Counted from the stretch's first letter, positions 35,466 to 49,265 are shown. The stretch: DNA of 64,000 nucleotides from Eledone cirrhosa (GCA_964016885.1 OZ024758.1:24428001-24492000), one strand, 5' to 3'. Notes: generated by a model not told the origin, from the sequence alone. Translations and numbers: made by a program.

Positions 35466-38400
35466 TATTGAATAAATTTGATATTAATAATGCTTTCCCT
35501 TTCTTTTCACTACTATTTCATTACGAATGAAATGCAACATATTTACTTTACAAGTAAAGCAGTCTATTTCTCTGTAGATAAAAACCAATGAATTTACCTT
35601 CCAATGATTTGACATGCATCACAATGAATTTACCAATGGTGTTATTTGCTTGCACAGTTATTACATTTCACTAAAATAACAAACCAATCAAATTATGAAT
35701 TCACTTAGACACTGTTACAATAACCAATTAAAAATAAATGAGTTCTTTGTCCTCTGATGCTAAAACCCATTATTCTATTGTTAAGGATTCATGGGTGGTA
35801 CAGCTATACCGCCTCGAAAAATTGTTGGAAAATTTAGTCATTTTTGTCACAAAATTATGTACATCTGTACCATCAGAGGAGGCACGTGGCCTAATGGTAA
35901 GGGTGTTGGACTTACGATTATAAGGCCGTTAGTCCAATTCCTGGGTTGTATGTTGTGTTCTTGAGCAAAACATTTTATTTCATGTTGCTCCAGTATACTC
36001 AGCTGAAAATGAGTACCAGCAATAGCTGGGGGTTTAACCCTGCGATATACTGGTGTCCTGTTCAGGGAAGGGGAATCTTGTACTCTCAGTCGCTTCACGC
36101 CATGAAACCGAGATAAGCACCGGCCAAATGAGCCTTCTTGCTTAAGACAGACAGACTTTAGACTTTTTAGACTTTAGTAGCCTCAGAAATGATAGGAGCC
36201 ATATGCTTATGCTAGAAACAGTTCCTACTCCATCCTGTAAAGTGTTAGTATTGCTACCATGAAAAATGATCCCGGTACATGCTGGTTGGCATCCAGTCAT
36301 AGAAACTAAGCCAAAAATGGAACATATGAGCAAGACATGGTCACCTAACCTAGCCTTAAAACATGTGATGATGATGACAGTGTTTTTCATGAGAAATATA
36401 GTAAGGAATATGTTAAATATCTTTACCCTCACTACATGGTGGTAGATACAAGTGAATAACTTTGTAGTGGAATGTAAACTAATAGAAGTTAGTGTGTAAT
36501 TTTACAGTGTTGGGATGAAATCTTCAGAAACAAGAAATTCTCTCATATAGGCCATAAGCCTGGAATTTAGGAGGGGAGGAAATAAGAAGTTGTGGCATTT
36601 ACACCTTGTCTTAAGGAGATTACACAGCTTAAGTGAAGTGAAATAGCTCCAACGATGACAAGAACAACAACAAAAATAGTAAAACTATTTCCCAGTTATG
36701 AAAATAGAAACATTTAAAATTGAAGTAAACAATGTTAATAGCTGAAGTGAATTTTAAATGAAATTTGATGACAATAAATATCATTTTCCATCTAATTAAA
36801 GATGAGAAAATGATTAAGCTGAACCATAAATGGAATCAAATTACTTTTAGCACAATCAACATTAAAAATCTAGTTTTCCCCACTAATAGTTTCTGATTCA
36901 GACACAAGGGCAACAATTTTTGGGGGTGACGGGAAAGTCGATTAAATCAACTCCAGTGCATTACTGGTACTTAATTAGATGTGTGAGGTAAGAAATGTGG
37001 GAGGGTGGGAATAATTTCATGTCAACACTAATGAAGCTATAACAACATGATGAAGAAGGATAAAGGAGAAACATATTCAGAGCACTGAATTATCAATAAT
37101 AATAATGATTTCTGGTTTAGGCACAAGACCAGCAATTTGAATGGGATGGGAAAGTCGATTAAATCAACTCCAGTGCTTTACTGGTACTTTTTTTATTGAC
37201 CCCCGTAAGTATGAAAGTTAACCTCAGTGAGATATAAACATAGATTGTAAAGGGCCATAACTCTATGGTTCGACAATGAAAGGCAAAGCTAACCCCAGCC
37301 CCAATAATGACATTTATAACGCCCCAGGTTCCCCAAAACAGTAGCGGTTGCAATAGTTTTAGTAGCTCTTGTTTTTTTCTTTTATAAAAACCTTTTGGAG
37401 ATAGGTTGAACACTTAAATGTTCAATTAAAAACGGAAATTACCAATAGATCAATAATAAATTATCACTACTGGGTTTTTGGTTTTTTTTTTACGATATCT
37501 TCCTACAAGTATCTCCAATTTCTATCATACACTTCACTTTGTATTTTAAAACTGGGGTTTAGAGTCTGTTGTGCCCTCACCCTCTTCCCTTCTTTTTGTT
37601 GGTTAATTTCTTCTTCATTTTATTTTTTTTATTTTTCTTCTATTCTTCATTTCTTTTAGATAAAACAAAATAAAATCATAAACACACAAAAAATGTTTTT
37701 TGTTTTTTTTAAGACTTGACATCCTGAAGCAACTTTCAGTGAATAGTTTGTAAAAATTGAACTTAAATATATTTAACCCTTTAGTATTTAAACTGGTCAT
37801 ATCTGACCAGAGTTTTCTTAACTCTTTCTGCTCAAACCGGCAATACCCGGCCACTCATACTGACATTCAGGTATTGTTCTTAAAATAAATAACATCATCA
37901 TCAAAATCTCATAGATTCGATATTATGTGAGATAAAACAAAACCTCTACCACAAAAATACAATACTAAATATAGAATAATGTAAATGCTAAAGAGTTAAC
38001 CCATTTGTTACCATATTTCTAATGAAATACATTTCCAAATCATTTTGAAAATGACCAAGAATTTGGAGGAACATGAAGTTCCTTATTACTAGTGTTTGGA
38101 ACATAACAGTTCTTATATAAAATGTATTAGTAATATTTTTGTAAAATTGTAGTATTCTCAGCGTAAAGGGTAGCCGTAAACAGCTGGATACTATAGTAAA
38201 ATGTCAGGTTAAGATATAACCACATATTGAATGGAGAGTGAGAGAAAAAGGAAGAGCAAGAATCTAACGCATGAGATGAGAAATGAGAGGGTTATAGAGA
38301 GAGAGAGAGAGAAGGGAAGAGGAGCGGAGAGAAAAGTTGGAACGAGATCGAGGGAGCAGAACTTATGGAGAATTACGAAAAAGGATAAAAAGATGGAGAA

Positions 38401-39834
38401 AGTATACTAACAAGAAATAGAACTTTAACGTCATATGAATCATCAGCTCAAGACTAACATAAACAAACAGAAAATGAGAGAAAAATAATTTAATAACAAA
38501 GAAAAGAGAGGGGCAGACTCTACACTCCTGACTAGGCAATATATCTGTTTCACTCTGTAGACAAGATGGCAAAATAATTGAGAATAGCCAGCAACACCAC
38601 TACTCAACCATTCCACTTCTGGGCTCCTTTCTCTGGCAAGGTATACTTCTCTCGATTCTGCAGAGGAAAATTGCAGTTTGGGGACCAAGAATGCAGGAGG
38701 GCTTTTTAAAATAAATAACTTTGTATTATAGAACCAGAAATGCTTTCAGGTGATTTAAAATATCAAAATAGTTAACATATCTTGACACAATTTTCCTCTT
38801 CTAAAACCCATTATTACCCTTTTCTATGTTAACTCAGTAATCAGGGTTTTGTAGCTAGCGATCTCAATTATGAAAAAAAAAAAAGCAGCTGTCTAACTCC
38901 CTATCTGCTACCCTAGCAAAGATTCTATTGAGATAAGATCAGGTTTTTCCATAGTTTTCCATAATAACTGGGGTTTGGTTGCAACCAGCATATTTGAAAG
39001 AGCGTGGAGTTATTGTATGACATAATTGCACTAACGTTCTTTAAAAGTTTTGAATGTCAAAATTTACTAAAGTCCTTCTCTCTGCTTTGTGAAGTTACTA
39101 TCCTAGTAATTAAGAAACCAAACTATTTTTATTGTTTCTACAGCTTTTCTAATGGAATACTAACAAAATGAGTAAACTGGTAGTTTTCTATCGTCCCCAA
39201 ACTAATCAAAAATCAATACAGATATACACAATAAATCAATACATATATATATACAATTAATTAAAACAAATATACATAATTTAGCAGTGATAACTCATAT
39301 AATTAAGCTTTTAAAAAGTCATCACCTCAAAGAAAATAAGAAAATATATAAAATCTATATTACACCAAATTTCGAATACTGTAAGTTTAGCTAAAAATAG
39401 AAGGAAAAAAAAAATCAATTGAAACTTCTAATGAAACATCAGCTGGATGGCAAAATACTTGTTTGGTTTGAAGTGAAGTAGTGAACCATTTTATTTCAGG
39501 TTCCAAAGATCTAAATAAAACTAAAAGAAACAACTGATGGCAAGTATTAAGGAACTTGCCAACTTGATAGGTAGGTAGGTGAAGCGAGGATGTCTACTTG
39601 ACATTAATGAGATGCAAAACTTACTAAGTTTAGACCTTTCTAGATGATATCTCTCTCTACATACACACAGACCTCAATGCAAATATACTTAGACGTAAAA
39701 ATCGACTATATATAAACTAAGTTTAGTAAGATGAAGATCTTGAATACATCTAAGAAAAATAATAAAATTATTACAATGTACTAGCTTCACAAATAACAAA
39801 AATAAAAAGGAACGAGAATGAGATATAGAGAGAA

Positions 39835-40090
39835 GACGACACTCGTATGAGCATGTGGTGTGTAGAGAGGATGACAGCTATATAAAGAAGTACAAGGCAT
39901 TCAAAGTGGATGAAGCCTGTGGAAGAGTTAGACCCAGAAATACATGGGATGAAGTGGTGAATAATTATCTCAGGATGCTGAGTCTCATGTAGGATATGAC
40001 AATGGACAGTGATGATTTGGGGGCACATGGTGCTCAAGAAGGCTTGCCTACCTGTGCAAGTATTGACAAAACAAATGTTAAAATGGTGGT
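39835..40090 (+). pseudogene. Old degenerate RTE 3' fragment
   Basis: Decayed similarity to the RTE C-terminal coding region (gacccagaaatacatgggatgaagtggtg = RP.NTWDEVV). Confidence 0.6.
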
Positions 40091-40686
40091 TTCATGATAA
40101 TGGCTAGGAGGTATAATATATCTACACTTGGGTCTTATGCCAAATATATCTCTAAGTTTCCATCTGATATTCCCTGCCTTCTTGATACCTTCTCATCTCT
40201 CTATCACTCACTATCCTATCCACTGTGCCACAATACCCACACAATGAGGGATGGCAGTATTCCAAACCCTCTCCCTGTGAGGAACTGCACTAAATCTGAA
40301 TGAACAGGGACAATGTTGAGCACTGGGTACTCTTTAGTCATGCAAGACTCAATGCAATCTCACTAGTGTTGGTGTAATGATAGAATGCACCAAGTACACT
40401 CTGTAAAGTGGCCAGTAACTGAACAAGAGCAACATAGGTTTGAAAGAACCTTTTAGTCTTGATTAAGACATAACCTCTCCAGAGCTAGTGCCATGATAAT
40501 TGCACCCATTAGAATATTCTGCAGTGGAATTATAGGGACCCCAGTCCCTATCATCTCATTTCTACAGCTGAGTAAACTGGAGCAATATGAAATAAAGTGT
40601 CTTGCTCAAGGACACAACACATCACCTGGTCTGAGAATTGAAATCACAACCTTTCGATTGCAAGGCCAATGCTCTAACCAGGTGCC

Positions 40687-40717
<31 letters not shown>

Positions 40718-40722
<5 letters not shown>

Positions 40723-40987
40723 ATAAACTCGAATAGTCTTTTACAATTAAATAGCTCAAAGAAAGGAATATTTCTGAGCCGTGTAATACAAATGATTGTA
40801 TGATAGGGATAAACACTGATACAAGTATACATGTGTTCGCATTACAAATGACCAAGTTAGCTAGATTGAAAAATACTAATTAAAATAATTTAATTAGTAT
40901 TTTTCAATCTAGTTAACTTAGTCATTTGCAATGCGAACACATGTATACTTGTATCAGTGTTTATCCCTATCATATAATCATTTGTAT
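40718..40987. mobile_element. Family I fold-back element
   Basis: Same tail gagttataaactcga...; ~100-bp arms centred near 40887. Confidence 0.8.
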
Positions 40988-40989
40988 AT

Positions 40990-41420
40990 GGAGGCACATG
41001 GCTTAGTGGTTAGAGCATTGGCCTTGCAATCGAAAGGTTGTGAGTTCAATTCTCAGACTGGGTGATGTGTTGTTTCCTTGAGCAAGACACTTTATTTCAC
41101 ATTGCTCCAGTTTACTCAGCTGTAGAAATGAGGTGATAGGGACTGGGGTCCCTATCATTCCACTGTAAAGTGGACATGTAGGCGCCACGGAAAAAAAGCA
41201 CCCAGCCCACACTGTAAAGTAGACGTGTAGGCGCCACGGAAAAAAAGCACCCAGCCCACACTGTAAAATGAACGTGTAGGCGCCATGGAAAAGAAAGCAC
41301 CCAGCACTCACTGTAAATGAGGTTGGTGTTAGGAAGGGCATCCAGCTGTAGAAATCAAGCCAGAATCAGTTCCTGTCCCACCCTTGAAGTGGACGTGTGA
41401 TGGTGATGATGATGATGATG
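40990..41420 (+). mobile_element. SINE A with three internal units (partial minus copy at 40520-40688)
   Basis: Colinear with 12901-13335. Confidence 0.88.
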
Positions 41421-42051
41421 AATTATGTGAGGTAAAGCTTTTACCATGAAAATACAATAGTTAATATAGAGTAATGTAAATGCTAAAGGATTAACCACTA
41501 AGCAATGTGCTTTTATATTCACAAGAGTATTATATTAAAACATGTGTAGGTGTGTAAATTGTCTAGAAACTAGATTTATGTTGAAGAATTCAACAAAAAA
41601 TAAATAATGGGATGGAATGGAATACCATCAATGCATGATGGAAGCTATAAATGGTTTAGTGAAAATCTCTTGACTCCATCAAAACTTATCTGACTGAAAT
41701 GAAACTTAAATCATATAAAAGAGACGAATTAACAGAAAATTGATCAAATTTGAATCTAGCTTGTGTTATCTAGCTTGTGAATCTAGCTTGTGAAAAATTC
41801 CTGAATGGTTTACTGAATGATTAATGAACAGAGTATTAAAGAATCCACGTCAATTATTTACAGTAAACCGAATACAATTTAGTTTGGGCATTTTGGGAAT
41901 AATTATATTTCATTTGAAATTCATTACTGACATGAGTGAGATGTTTGACAGGTTTGAAAAATCTGGGAAACTGACATTTTTATACAATGATACAAAAATA
42001 TCACACAATGCTTGTCTTTCAAATGTTTTATCCCATTATTATTACCATAAT

Positions 42052-42243
42052 AGGGCAGTGGATTGGCAGTATCGGTAGAGCGTCGGACGTCATGCTTTGC
42101 AGCAAAGAGCTACGGCCCTTTATGATCTGAGTTCAAATCCCGCCGAGGTTAACTTTGCCTTTCATCCTTATGGGGTCGATAAAATAAAGTACCAGTAATA
42201 CCCTGGAATAATTGCTGGCCTTGTGCCAAAAGTAGAAACAATT
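42052..42243 (+). mobile_element. SINE B
   Basis: TSD attattaccataata at 42038 and 42241. Confidence 0.9.
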
Positions 42244-42264
42244 ATTACCATAATATTATTATTA

Positions 42265-44765
42265 TACTGGTTAGAGAGGTAGATTGGTAGAGTATATGTA
42301 CTGGTTAGAGTGGTAGATTGGTAGACTATATATACTGGTTAGATTGGTAGACTATATATACTGGTTAGAGTGGTAGATTGATAGACTATATATACTGGTT
42401 AGATTGGTAGATTGGTAGACTATATATACTGGTTAGATTGGTAGACTATATATACTGGTTAGATTGGTAGACTATATATACTGGTTAGAGTGGTAGATTG
42501 GTAGACTATATATACTGGTTAGAGTGGTAGATTGGTAGACTATATATACTGGTTAGAGTGGTAGATTGGTAGACTATATATACTGGTTAGAGTGGTAGAT
42601 TGGTAGACTATATATACTGGTTAGATTGGTAGACTATATATACTGGTTAGATTGGTAGATTGGTAGACTATATATACTGGTTAGAGTGGTAGATTGGTAG
42701 ACTATATATACTGGTTAGAGTGGTAGATTGGTAGACTATATATACTGGTTAGAGTGGTAGATTGGTAGACTATATATACTGGTTAGAGTGGTAGACTATA
42801 TATACTGGTTAGAGTGGTAGATTGGTAGACTATATATATACTGGTTAGAGTGGTAGATTGGTAGACTATATATACTGGTTAGAGTGGTAGATTGGTAGAC
42901 TATATATACTGGTTAGAGTGGTAGACTATATATACTGGTTAGAGTGGTAGATTGGTAGACTATATATACTGGTTAGAGTGGTAGATTGGTAGACTATATA
43001 TACTGGTTAGAGTGGTAGATTGGTAGACTATATATACTGGTTAGAGTGGTAGATTGGTAGACTATATATACTGGTTAGAGTGGTAGACTATATATACTGG
43101 TTAGATTGGTAGATTGGTAGACTATATATACTGGTTAGAGTGGTAGATTGGTAGACTATATATACTGGTTAGAGTGGTAGATTGGTAGACTATATATACT
43201 GGTTAGATTGGTAGACTATATATACTGGTTAGATTGGTAGATTGGTAGACTATATATACTGGTTAGAGTGGTAGATTGGTAGACTATATATACTGGTTAG
43301 ATTGGTAGACTATATATACTGGTTAGATTGGTAGATTGGTAGACTATATATACTGGTTAGAGTGGTAGATTGGTAGACTATATATACTGGTTAGAGTGGT
43401 AGATTGGTAGACTATATATACTGGTTAGAGTGGTAGATTGGTAGACTATATATACTGGTTAGAGTGGTAGATTGGTAGACTATATATATACTGGTTAGAG
43501 TGGTAGATTGGTAGACTATATATACTGGTTAGAGTGGTAGATTGGTAGACTATATATACTGGTTAGAGTGGTAGATTGGTAGACTATATATACTGGTTAG
43601 AGTGGTAGATTGGTAGACTATATATACTGGTTAGAGTGGTAGATTGGTAGACTATATATACTGGTTAGAGTGGTAGATTGGTAGACTATATATACTGGTT
43701 AGAGTGGTAGATTGGTAGACTATATATACTGGTTAGAGTGGTAGATTGGTAGACTATATATATACTGGTTAGAGTGGTAGACTATATATACTGGTTAGAG
43801 TGGTAGATTGGTAGACTATATATACTGGTTAGAGTGGTAGATTGGTAGACTATATATATACTGGTTAGAGTGGTAGATTGGTAGACTATATATACTGGTT
43901 AGAGTGGTAGATTGGTAGACTATATATACTGGTTAGATTGGTAGACTATATATACTGGTTAGAGTGGTAGATTGGTAGACTATATATACTGGTTAGAGTG
44001 GTAGATTGGTAGACTATATATACTGGTTAGAGTGGTAGATTGGTAGACTATATATACTGGTTAGAGTGGTAGATTGGTAGACTATATATATACTGGTTAG
44101 AGTGGTAGACTATATATACTGGTTAGAGTGGTAGATTGGTAGACTATATATACTGGTTAGAGTGGTAGATTGGTAGACTATATATATACTGGTTAGAGTG
44201 GTAGATTGGTAGACTATATATACTGGTTAGAGTGGTAGATTGGTAGACTATATATACTGGTTAGATTGGTAGACTATATATACTGGTTAGAGTGGTAGAT
44301 TGGTAGACTATATATATACTGGTTAGATTGGTAGATTGGTAGACTATATATATACTGGTTAGAGTGGTAGATTGGTAGACTATATATATACTGGTTAGAT
44401 TGGTAGATTGGTAGACTATATATATACTGGTTAGAGTGGTAGATTGGTAGACTATATATATACTGGTTAGATTGGTAGATTGGTAGACTATATATATACT
44501 GGTTAGATTGGTAGATTGGTAGACTATATATATACTGGTTAGAGTGGTAGATTGGTAGACTATATATATACTGGTTAGAGTGGTAGATTGGTAGACTATA
44601 TATACTTGTTAGATTGGTAGATTGGTAGACTATATATACTGGTTAGATTGGTAGATTGGTAGACTATATATACTGGTTAGATTGGTAGATTGGTAGACTA
44701 TATATACTGGTTAGAGTGGTAGATTGGTAGACTATATATACTGGTTAGATTGGTAGATTGGTAGA
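42265..44765. repeat. 34-bp (26/34/36 variants) minisatellite
   Basis: Unit tatatactggttagagtggtagattggtagacta. Confidence 0.97.
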
Positions 44766-45204
44766 ATTATTAGATATCTATCAAGGGCCTGGAGGTTCAT
44801 TAGGCCGGTGCTTATCCTAGTTTCCATGGCATTAAGCGACGGAGTACAAAACCCCTCACTGGACAGAACACCAGTCTATCGCAGGGTTAAACCCCCAGCT
44901 ATTGCTGGTACTCATTTTCAGCTGAGTATACTGGAGCAACATAAAATGAAGTGTTTTGGTCAAGAACTCAACACACAACCCAGTCCAGGAATCAAACCCA
45001 CGACATTACAATTGTAAGTCCAATACCCTTACCACTAGGATATGCACTTCCACAGAATTGTTAGAGCATCAGATTAAATGCTTTGTTCTAATTGTTCCTT
45101 CTATTTCTATTCTAAGTTCAAATCCTGCTGAGGTCAACTTTGTTTATCATCCTTCCAGATTGATAAAATAAAGTATCAGTTAAATACTGGGGTCAACATA
45201 TTTA

Positions 45205-45425
45205 CCTTGTACACCTGTTACCGGTCGCTCTCCGACAGGTTTGCAGTCGAGCCCCTAGCAGTGGAGACTTCTGGTGTCCTTGACCCTAAGGTTACCTCCC
45301 TACTTACCACCATAGGCGCTGAGCTGACTAGCCACAGGTGTGACCTCGTGAGATGGAATGGCTATTCCAGCACATCTCCCTTACCATCCTCCAGGGAAAC
45401 ACCTTCTCCATTCTGTCCCCCGGGG
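45205..45425 (+). pseudogene. C-terminal fragment of a CRE-like (restriction-like endonuclease) non-LTR retrotransposon
   Basis: YRSLSDRFAVEPLAVETSGVL...IGAEL and, after a frameshift, PREMEWLFQHISLTILQGNTFSILS. This matches the P.A.ET.G...QR.S.A.QRGN signature. Confidence 0.7.
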
Positions 45426-45752
45426 GTGTGGGGCAGCCAGCACATGGGACCCCATTTGCTCATAATACAGAGAGATGGGGAGGGCAAGAGAGATGGAGGT
45501 GATGACAGTGGGAGTTTGGCGCTTCTGTGTTCAGACCTGGAGTACAGCGTCAGTTGTCTGTAAGGAGGTAGTGATTCATAAATATATATATATATCATTA
45601 TCATCATCGTTTAACGTCCCTGTTCCACGCTTGCATGGGTTTGGACGGGGGTTTTCCCACTTGAGGCAAGAGTGGTTGTCTTGCTCGCATAGGACTGTCT
45701 GGCGGGTTTTTTACAGCTGGATGCCCTTCCTAACACCAACCACATTTACATA

Positions 45753-47946
45753 TCATCATCATCATCATCATCAGCGTTTAACGTCCGTGTTCCACGCTTG
45801 CATGGGTTTGGACGGGGGTAGTCCCACTTGAGGCAAGAGTGATTGTCTTGCTCGCATAGGACTGTCTGGCAGGTTTTCTACAGTTGGATGCCCTTCCTAA
45901 CACCAACCACATTTACAGTGTGGGTCTGGGAGGTTTTTACCGTGTTGCCTACACGGCCACATTACAGCGTGGACTGTGTGTTTTTTTGTCGTGACACCTA
46001 CACGATCTCATTTGTTTCGGCCTCGATGGCGCGGCACCAACATAACTTTACATAGAACGGGGTGGTGTGGATCGGGTGGGGGTGGTGGGACGGGGTGTAT
46101 TTGTTAGAGATGCCTACTGGCTGGAGTAGGTTTTACTATATATTTAGGTAAGGCGGGTCTTCTCTGTTACTGAGTACCGCCAAAGGTCTCGGTCCAGTGA
46201 CATTGTCTTGGAGAGGTGTAAGTGTGTGATGTCGGAGTTTATCAGCTCGTCCCAGGTTTTTCTAGGTCTGCCTATTCCGTGACTACCGTCTATCTTTATT
46301 GCCCTGCACTTTGTTATACAGCTATCGACTTTCATGCGCATCACGTGTCCATACCAACGTAGCCTTCTCTCGAGTAAACAACATCTGATCCCTCTTATCT
46401 CTAATTTATTCCTTAGTTCGTTTATGCTTTGCCGTTCACGTATATTACTGTTACACATCCAGCGGAGCATGCAAGCTTCGTTCCTCTCTAGTCTGCGTAT
46501 ATCCTCTGCACACAATGCCCAGGTCTCACTGCCATGCAGCATTGCTGTTCGTATGCAGGCATCGTACAACCTGCCTTTCATTTTTAGTGAGAACCCTTTA
46601 GCAGCTAATAGTGGTATAAGCTCTCTGAACTTTTTCCAACCAGTTCTGACTCTAGCTACAGTACTTTCAGAGCACCCTCCCCCACTGCTGATTTTATCGC
46701 CCAGGTAACGGAAGCTGTCCACTATTTCTATAGAACCCTCTGCGCAATTGAAAGAGCTAGTAGTTTGTGGGCACTTGCTGCTACTTATTGCACCAGAGCA
46801 CCGGCCACATGTAAAATCTATGTTCTTAGTTAGCCTACCTGTGATCCCACTACATCTTTTATGCACCCATACTTTGCATTTAGGACATAAAATGGAGTTT
46901 CTACCTACGCCTTTCCTACACACCGAGCACGACCATTTCCCAGAAGGGACCGCCGCCTTGTTTTCTTTCCTACAAACTAGTACTTTGGTCTTAGCCAGGT
47001 TAATTTTAAGTCCTTTTGACTCTAGGCCGTGCTTCCATGTTTGGAATTTCTTCTCTAGCTCGGCCATTGATTCCGCTATGAGTGTCAGGTCGTCTGCGTA
47101 TAGGAGTTCCCATGGGCAGCCTGTCTTGAACTCCTCTGTTATGGCCTGAAGGGCAATAATAAATAGTAGTGGACTGAGAACAGAGCCCTGATGGACGCCG
47201 ACTTTTACGCTAAACTCTTCACTATATTCGTTGTTAATTCTAACCTTGCTGACTGTTTCTTTATACATGGCTTGTATAGCCCTCACAAGCCATTCGTCAA
47301 CGCCTAGTTTTCTAAGAGCCCACCAGATAATGGAGCGGGGGACTCTGTCGAAGGCTTTCTCCAAGTCGACAAAAGCTAAGTAGAGGGGTTTACCTTTAGC
47401 TAGGTACTTCTCTTGTAGTTGTCGTACTATGAAAAGAGCGTCTGTGGTACTTTTGCCTGACACAAACCCGAACTGCATTTCATCTAGGTCAATTCTCTCT
47501 CTGATTAGCTGCGCTATTACTCTTTCCGTGACCTTCATGACCTGGTCGATTAATTTAATGCCTCTATAGTTACTCCTATCTAGGGCGTCTCCTTTACCCT
47601 TATAACAGTTAACGATGATGCTGCTATGCCAGTCCTTCGGAACAACCCCGTTTTGTACGACTTGGTTAACTATGCGGGTGACCATGGTGTGTCCCACCGT
47701 GCCAGATGCCTTCAGCATCTCAGCAACTATTTCCGAAGGCCCAGCCGCCTTACCAGTCTTCATATCCTTGATTGCCTTACTTATTATACTCCCCTCGACT
47801 AACACTGCTGGTCCCTCTATTGGGTCGATATGGGGGAGACTGCCTTTCTCCCAATTATTCTCCTCATTTAGAAGCCTTTCATAGTGACACTTCCAAGCTA
47901 CCTTCTTATCAGCGTCGGTGATGGCAAGTGTGCCATCGTCGTTTAG
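45753..47946 (-). mobile_element. 5'-truncated RTE-1 LINE, copy 2 (inverted relative to copy 1)
   Basis: Same ORF and 3' UTR as 9532-11637, with a (GAT)n tail; the 5' end abuts (TA)n. A partial duplicate of the tail lies at 45595-45750. Confidence 0.95.
46144..47946 (-). CDS. RTE LINE reverse transcriptase with PHD-like finger (5'-truncated)
   Basis: About 7 aa differences from copy 1 over 553 aa. The N-terminal ~37 aa of the 637-aa track ORF are read-through from flanking DNA. Confidence 0.93.
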   Translation of the reverse strand, partial: LNDDGTLAITDADKKVAWKCHYERLLNEENNWEKGSLPHIDPIEGPAVLVEGSIISKAIKDMKTGKAAGPSEIVAEMLKASGTVGHTMVTRIVNQVVQNGVVPKDWHSSIIVNCYKGKGDALDRSNYRGIKLIDQVMKVTERVIAQLIRERIDLDEMQFGFVSGKSTTDALFIVRQLQEKYLAKGKPLYLAFVDLEKAFDRVPRSIIWWALRKLGVDEWLVRAIQAMYKETVSKVRINNEYSEEFSVKVGVHQGSVLSPLLFIIALQAITEEFKTGCPWELLYADDLTLIAESMAELEKKFQTWKHGLESKGLKINLAKTKVLVCRKENKAAVPSGKWSCSVCRKGVGRNSILCPKCKVWVHKRCSGITGRLTKNIDFTCGRCSGAISSSKCPQTTSSFNCAEGSIEIVDSFRYLGDKISSGGGCSESTVARVRTGWKKFRELIPLLAAKGFSLKMKGRLYDACIRTAMLHGSETWALCAEDIRRLERNEACMLRWMCNSNIRERQSINELRNKLEIRGIRCCLLERRLRWYGHVMRMKVDSCITKCRAIKIDGSHGIGRPRKTWDELINSDITHLHLSKTMSLDRDLWRYSVTEKTRLT

Positions 47947-47962
47947 TATATATATATATATA

Positions 47963-48232
47963 TTATTAGAAAGTGAGATTTTTTTACAAGATGAAAAAAA
48001 ACGAGGTGTCCTACATGAGTGAAAGTATAAGGAAAAATGATGAAATCGAAAATGCAAGTGGAGTCTTTATATTTATTTGGTTCCTTTACTAGTTTCGCAG
48101 TTCTTGTGCTTTTCAAAAGTAGAATTGAGATGGAGGATTTGTCAAGAACTGCGAAACCGACCGGTAAAGGAACCAAATAAATATATTCTTTTAAAAAAAG
48201 ACTCCAGTCACGTTTTCGATTTCATCTTTTTT

Positions 48233-48238
<6 letters not shown>
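47963..48238. mobile_element. Family N imperfect fold-back element
   Basis: Arms 48026-48106 / 48143-48238 with GCGAAAC(T/C)(A/G)GTAAAGG-like motifs; between (TA)n tracts. Confidence 0.72.
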
Positions 48239-48290
<52 letters not shown>

Positions 48291-49064
48291 ATATATATAA
48301 TTATTACTATTGTTGTTATACTTTGGGAGGCTCATGTTGCCAATAAGAAACACACGCACCAGTTGCTTTCACTCTAATTTATTATAAATCAAATTATAAA
48401 TTTAAAAATTTATAAATTTATGGTGCGCGTGTTTCTTATTGGCAACATGACCCTCCCAAAGTATAACAATACCGGTTTCAACACACGTTTTCAGATAAAG
48501 AATCTTGCTAAACAAATTCAGAAACGAAATATTACTATTTAACAGTTACAATCATTCCTCCCTTACACAAAGGGATCTATAATCTATAGATTCAAAACTT
48601 TTACAGGCTTTAGTCATATTTTATGGAAGAACACAAATTTAAAAACAAAATAATTTCTCTATTTTTTTCCTAATCAATAAGAAAGTTTGATTATGAATTT
48701 AGCAGACACTATATATTTTGATTGACATTTCTGTAATTATAAAATATGACAATACAACACTCAATCAGTCAAGTACAATGACTCCTTAAAATTCAAGGAA
48801 CTTTATGTATTTGTTTTGTTTTTGTTTGATCTGAAGGAAGGAGCTGTCTTCATAGTATTTGTAGGCCCTCCAAGACATAATCAATATAGTTAAAGAGGTT
48901 CTTGAACGACTACAAGAAGAATATGAGCAAAGACACAATTGACTAGACTGACATTCTGAAAATTTGGGAAGTAGTTACAACAAGTTTAATACTTTGAATT
49001 GTGATAAATTAAACAGAAGGTTTGAGGCAATCTTTCATTGGCTCCATAAAAAAAATACTTGTTA

Positions 49065-49265
49065 AGGGCGGTGGATTGGCAGTATTGGTAGAGGGTCGGA
49101 CGCCATGCTTTGCAGCATAGAGTTATGCCCCTTTATGATCTGAGTTCAAATCCCGCCGAGGTTAATTTTGCCTTTCACCTTTACGGGGGTCGATAAAAGT
49201 AAAGTACCAGTAATGCACTGGGTAATTGCTAATTGCTGGCCTTGTGCCAAAAGTAGAAACAATTG
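49065..49265 (+). mobile_element. SINE B (further copies at 50320-50505, 53240-53425 minus, 59275-59600 dimer)
   Basis: Colinear with the family consensus. Confidence 0.88.

Noticed and set aside
22703-44765. Tandem arrays as CRISPR arrays
   Set aside because: Units are head-to-tail without unique spacers, the context is eukaryotic, and there are no cas genes.
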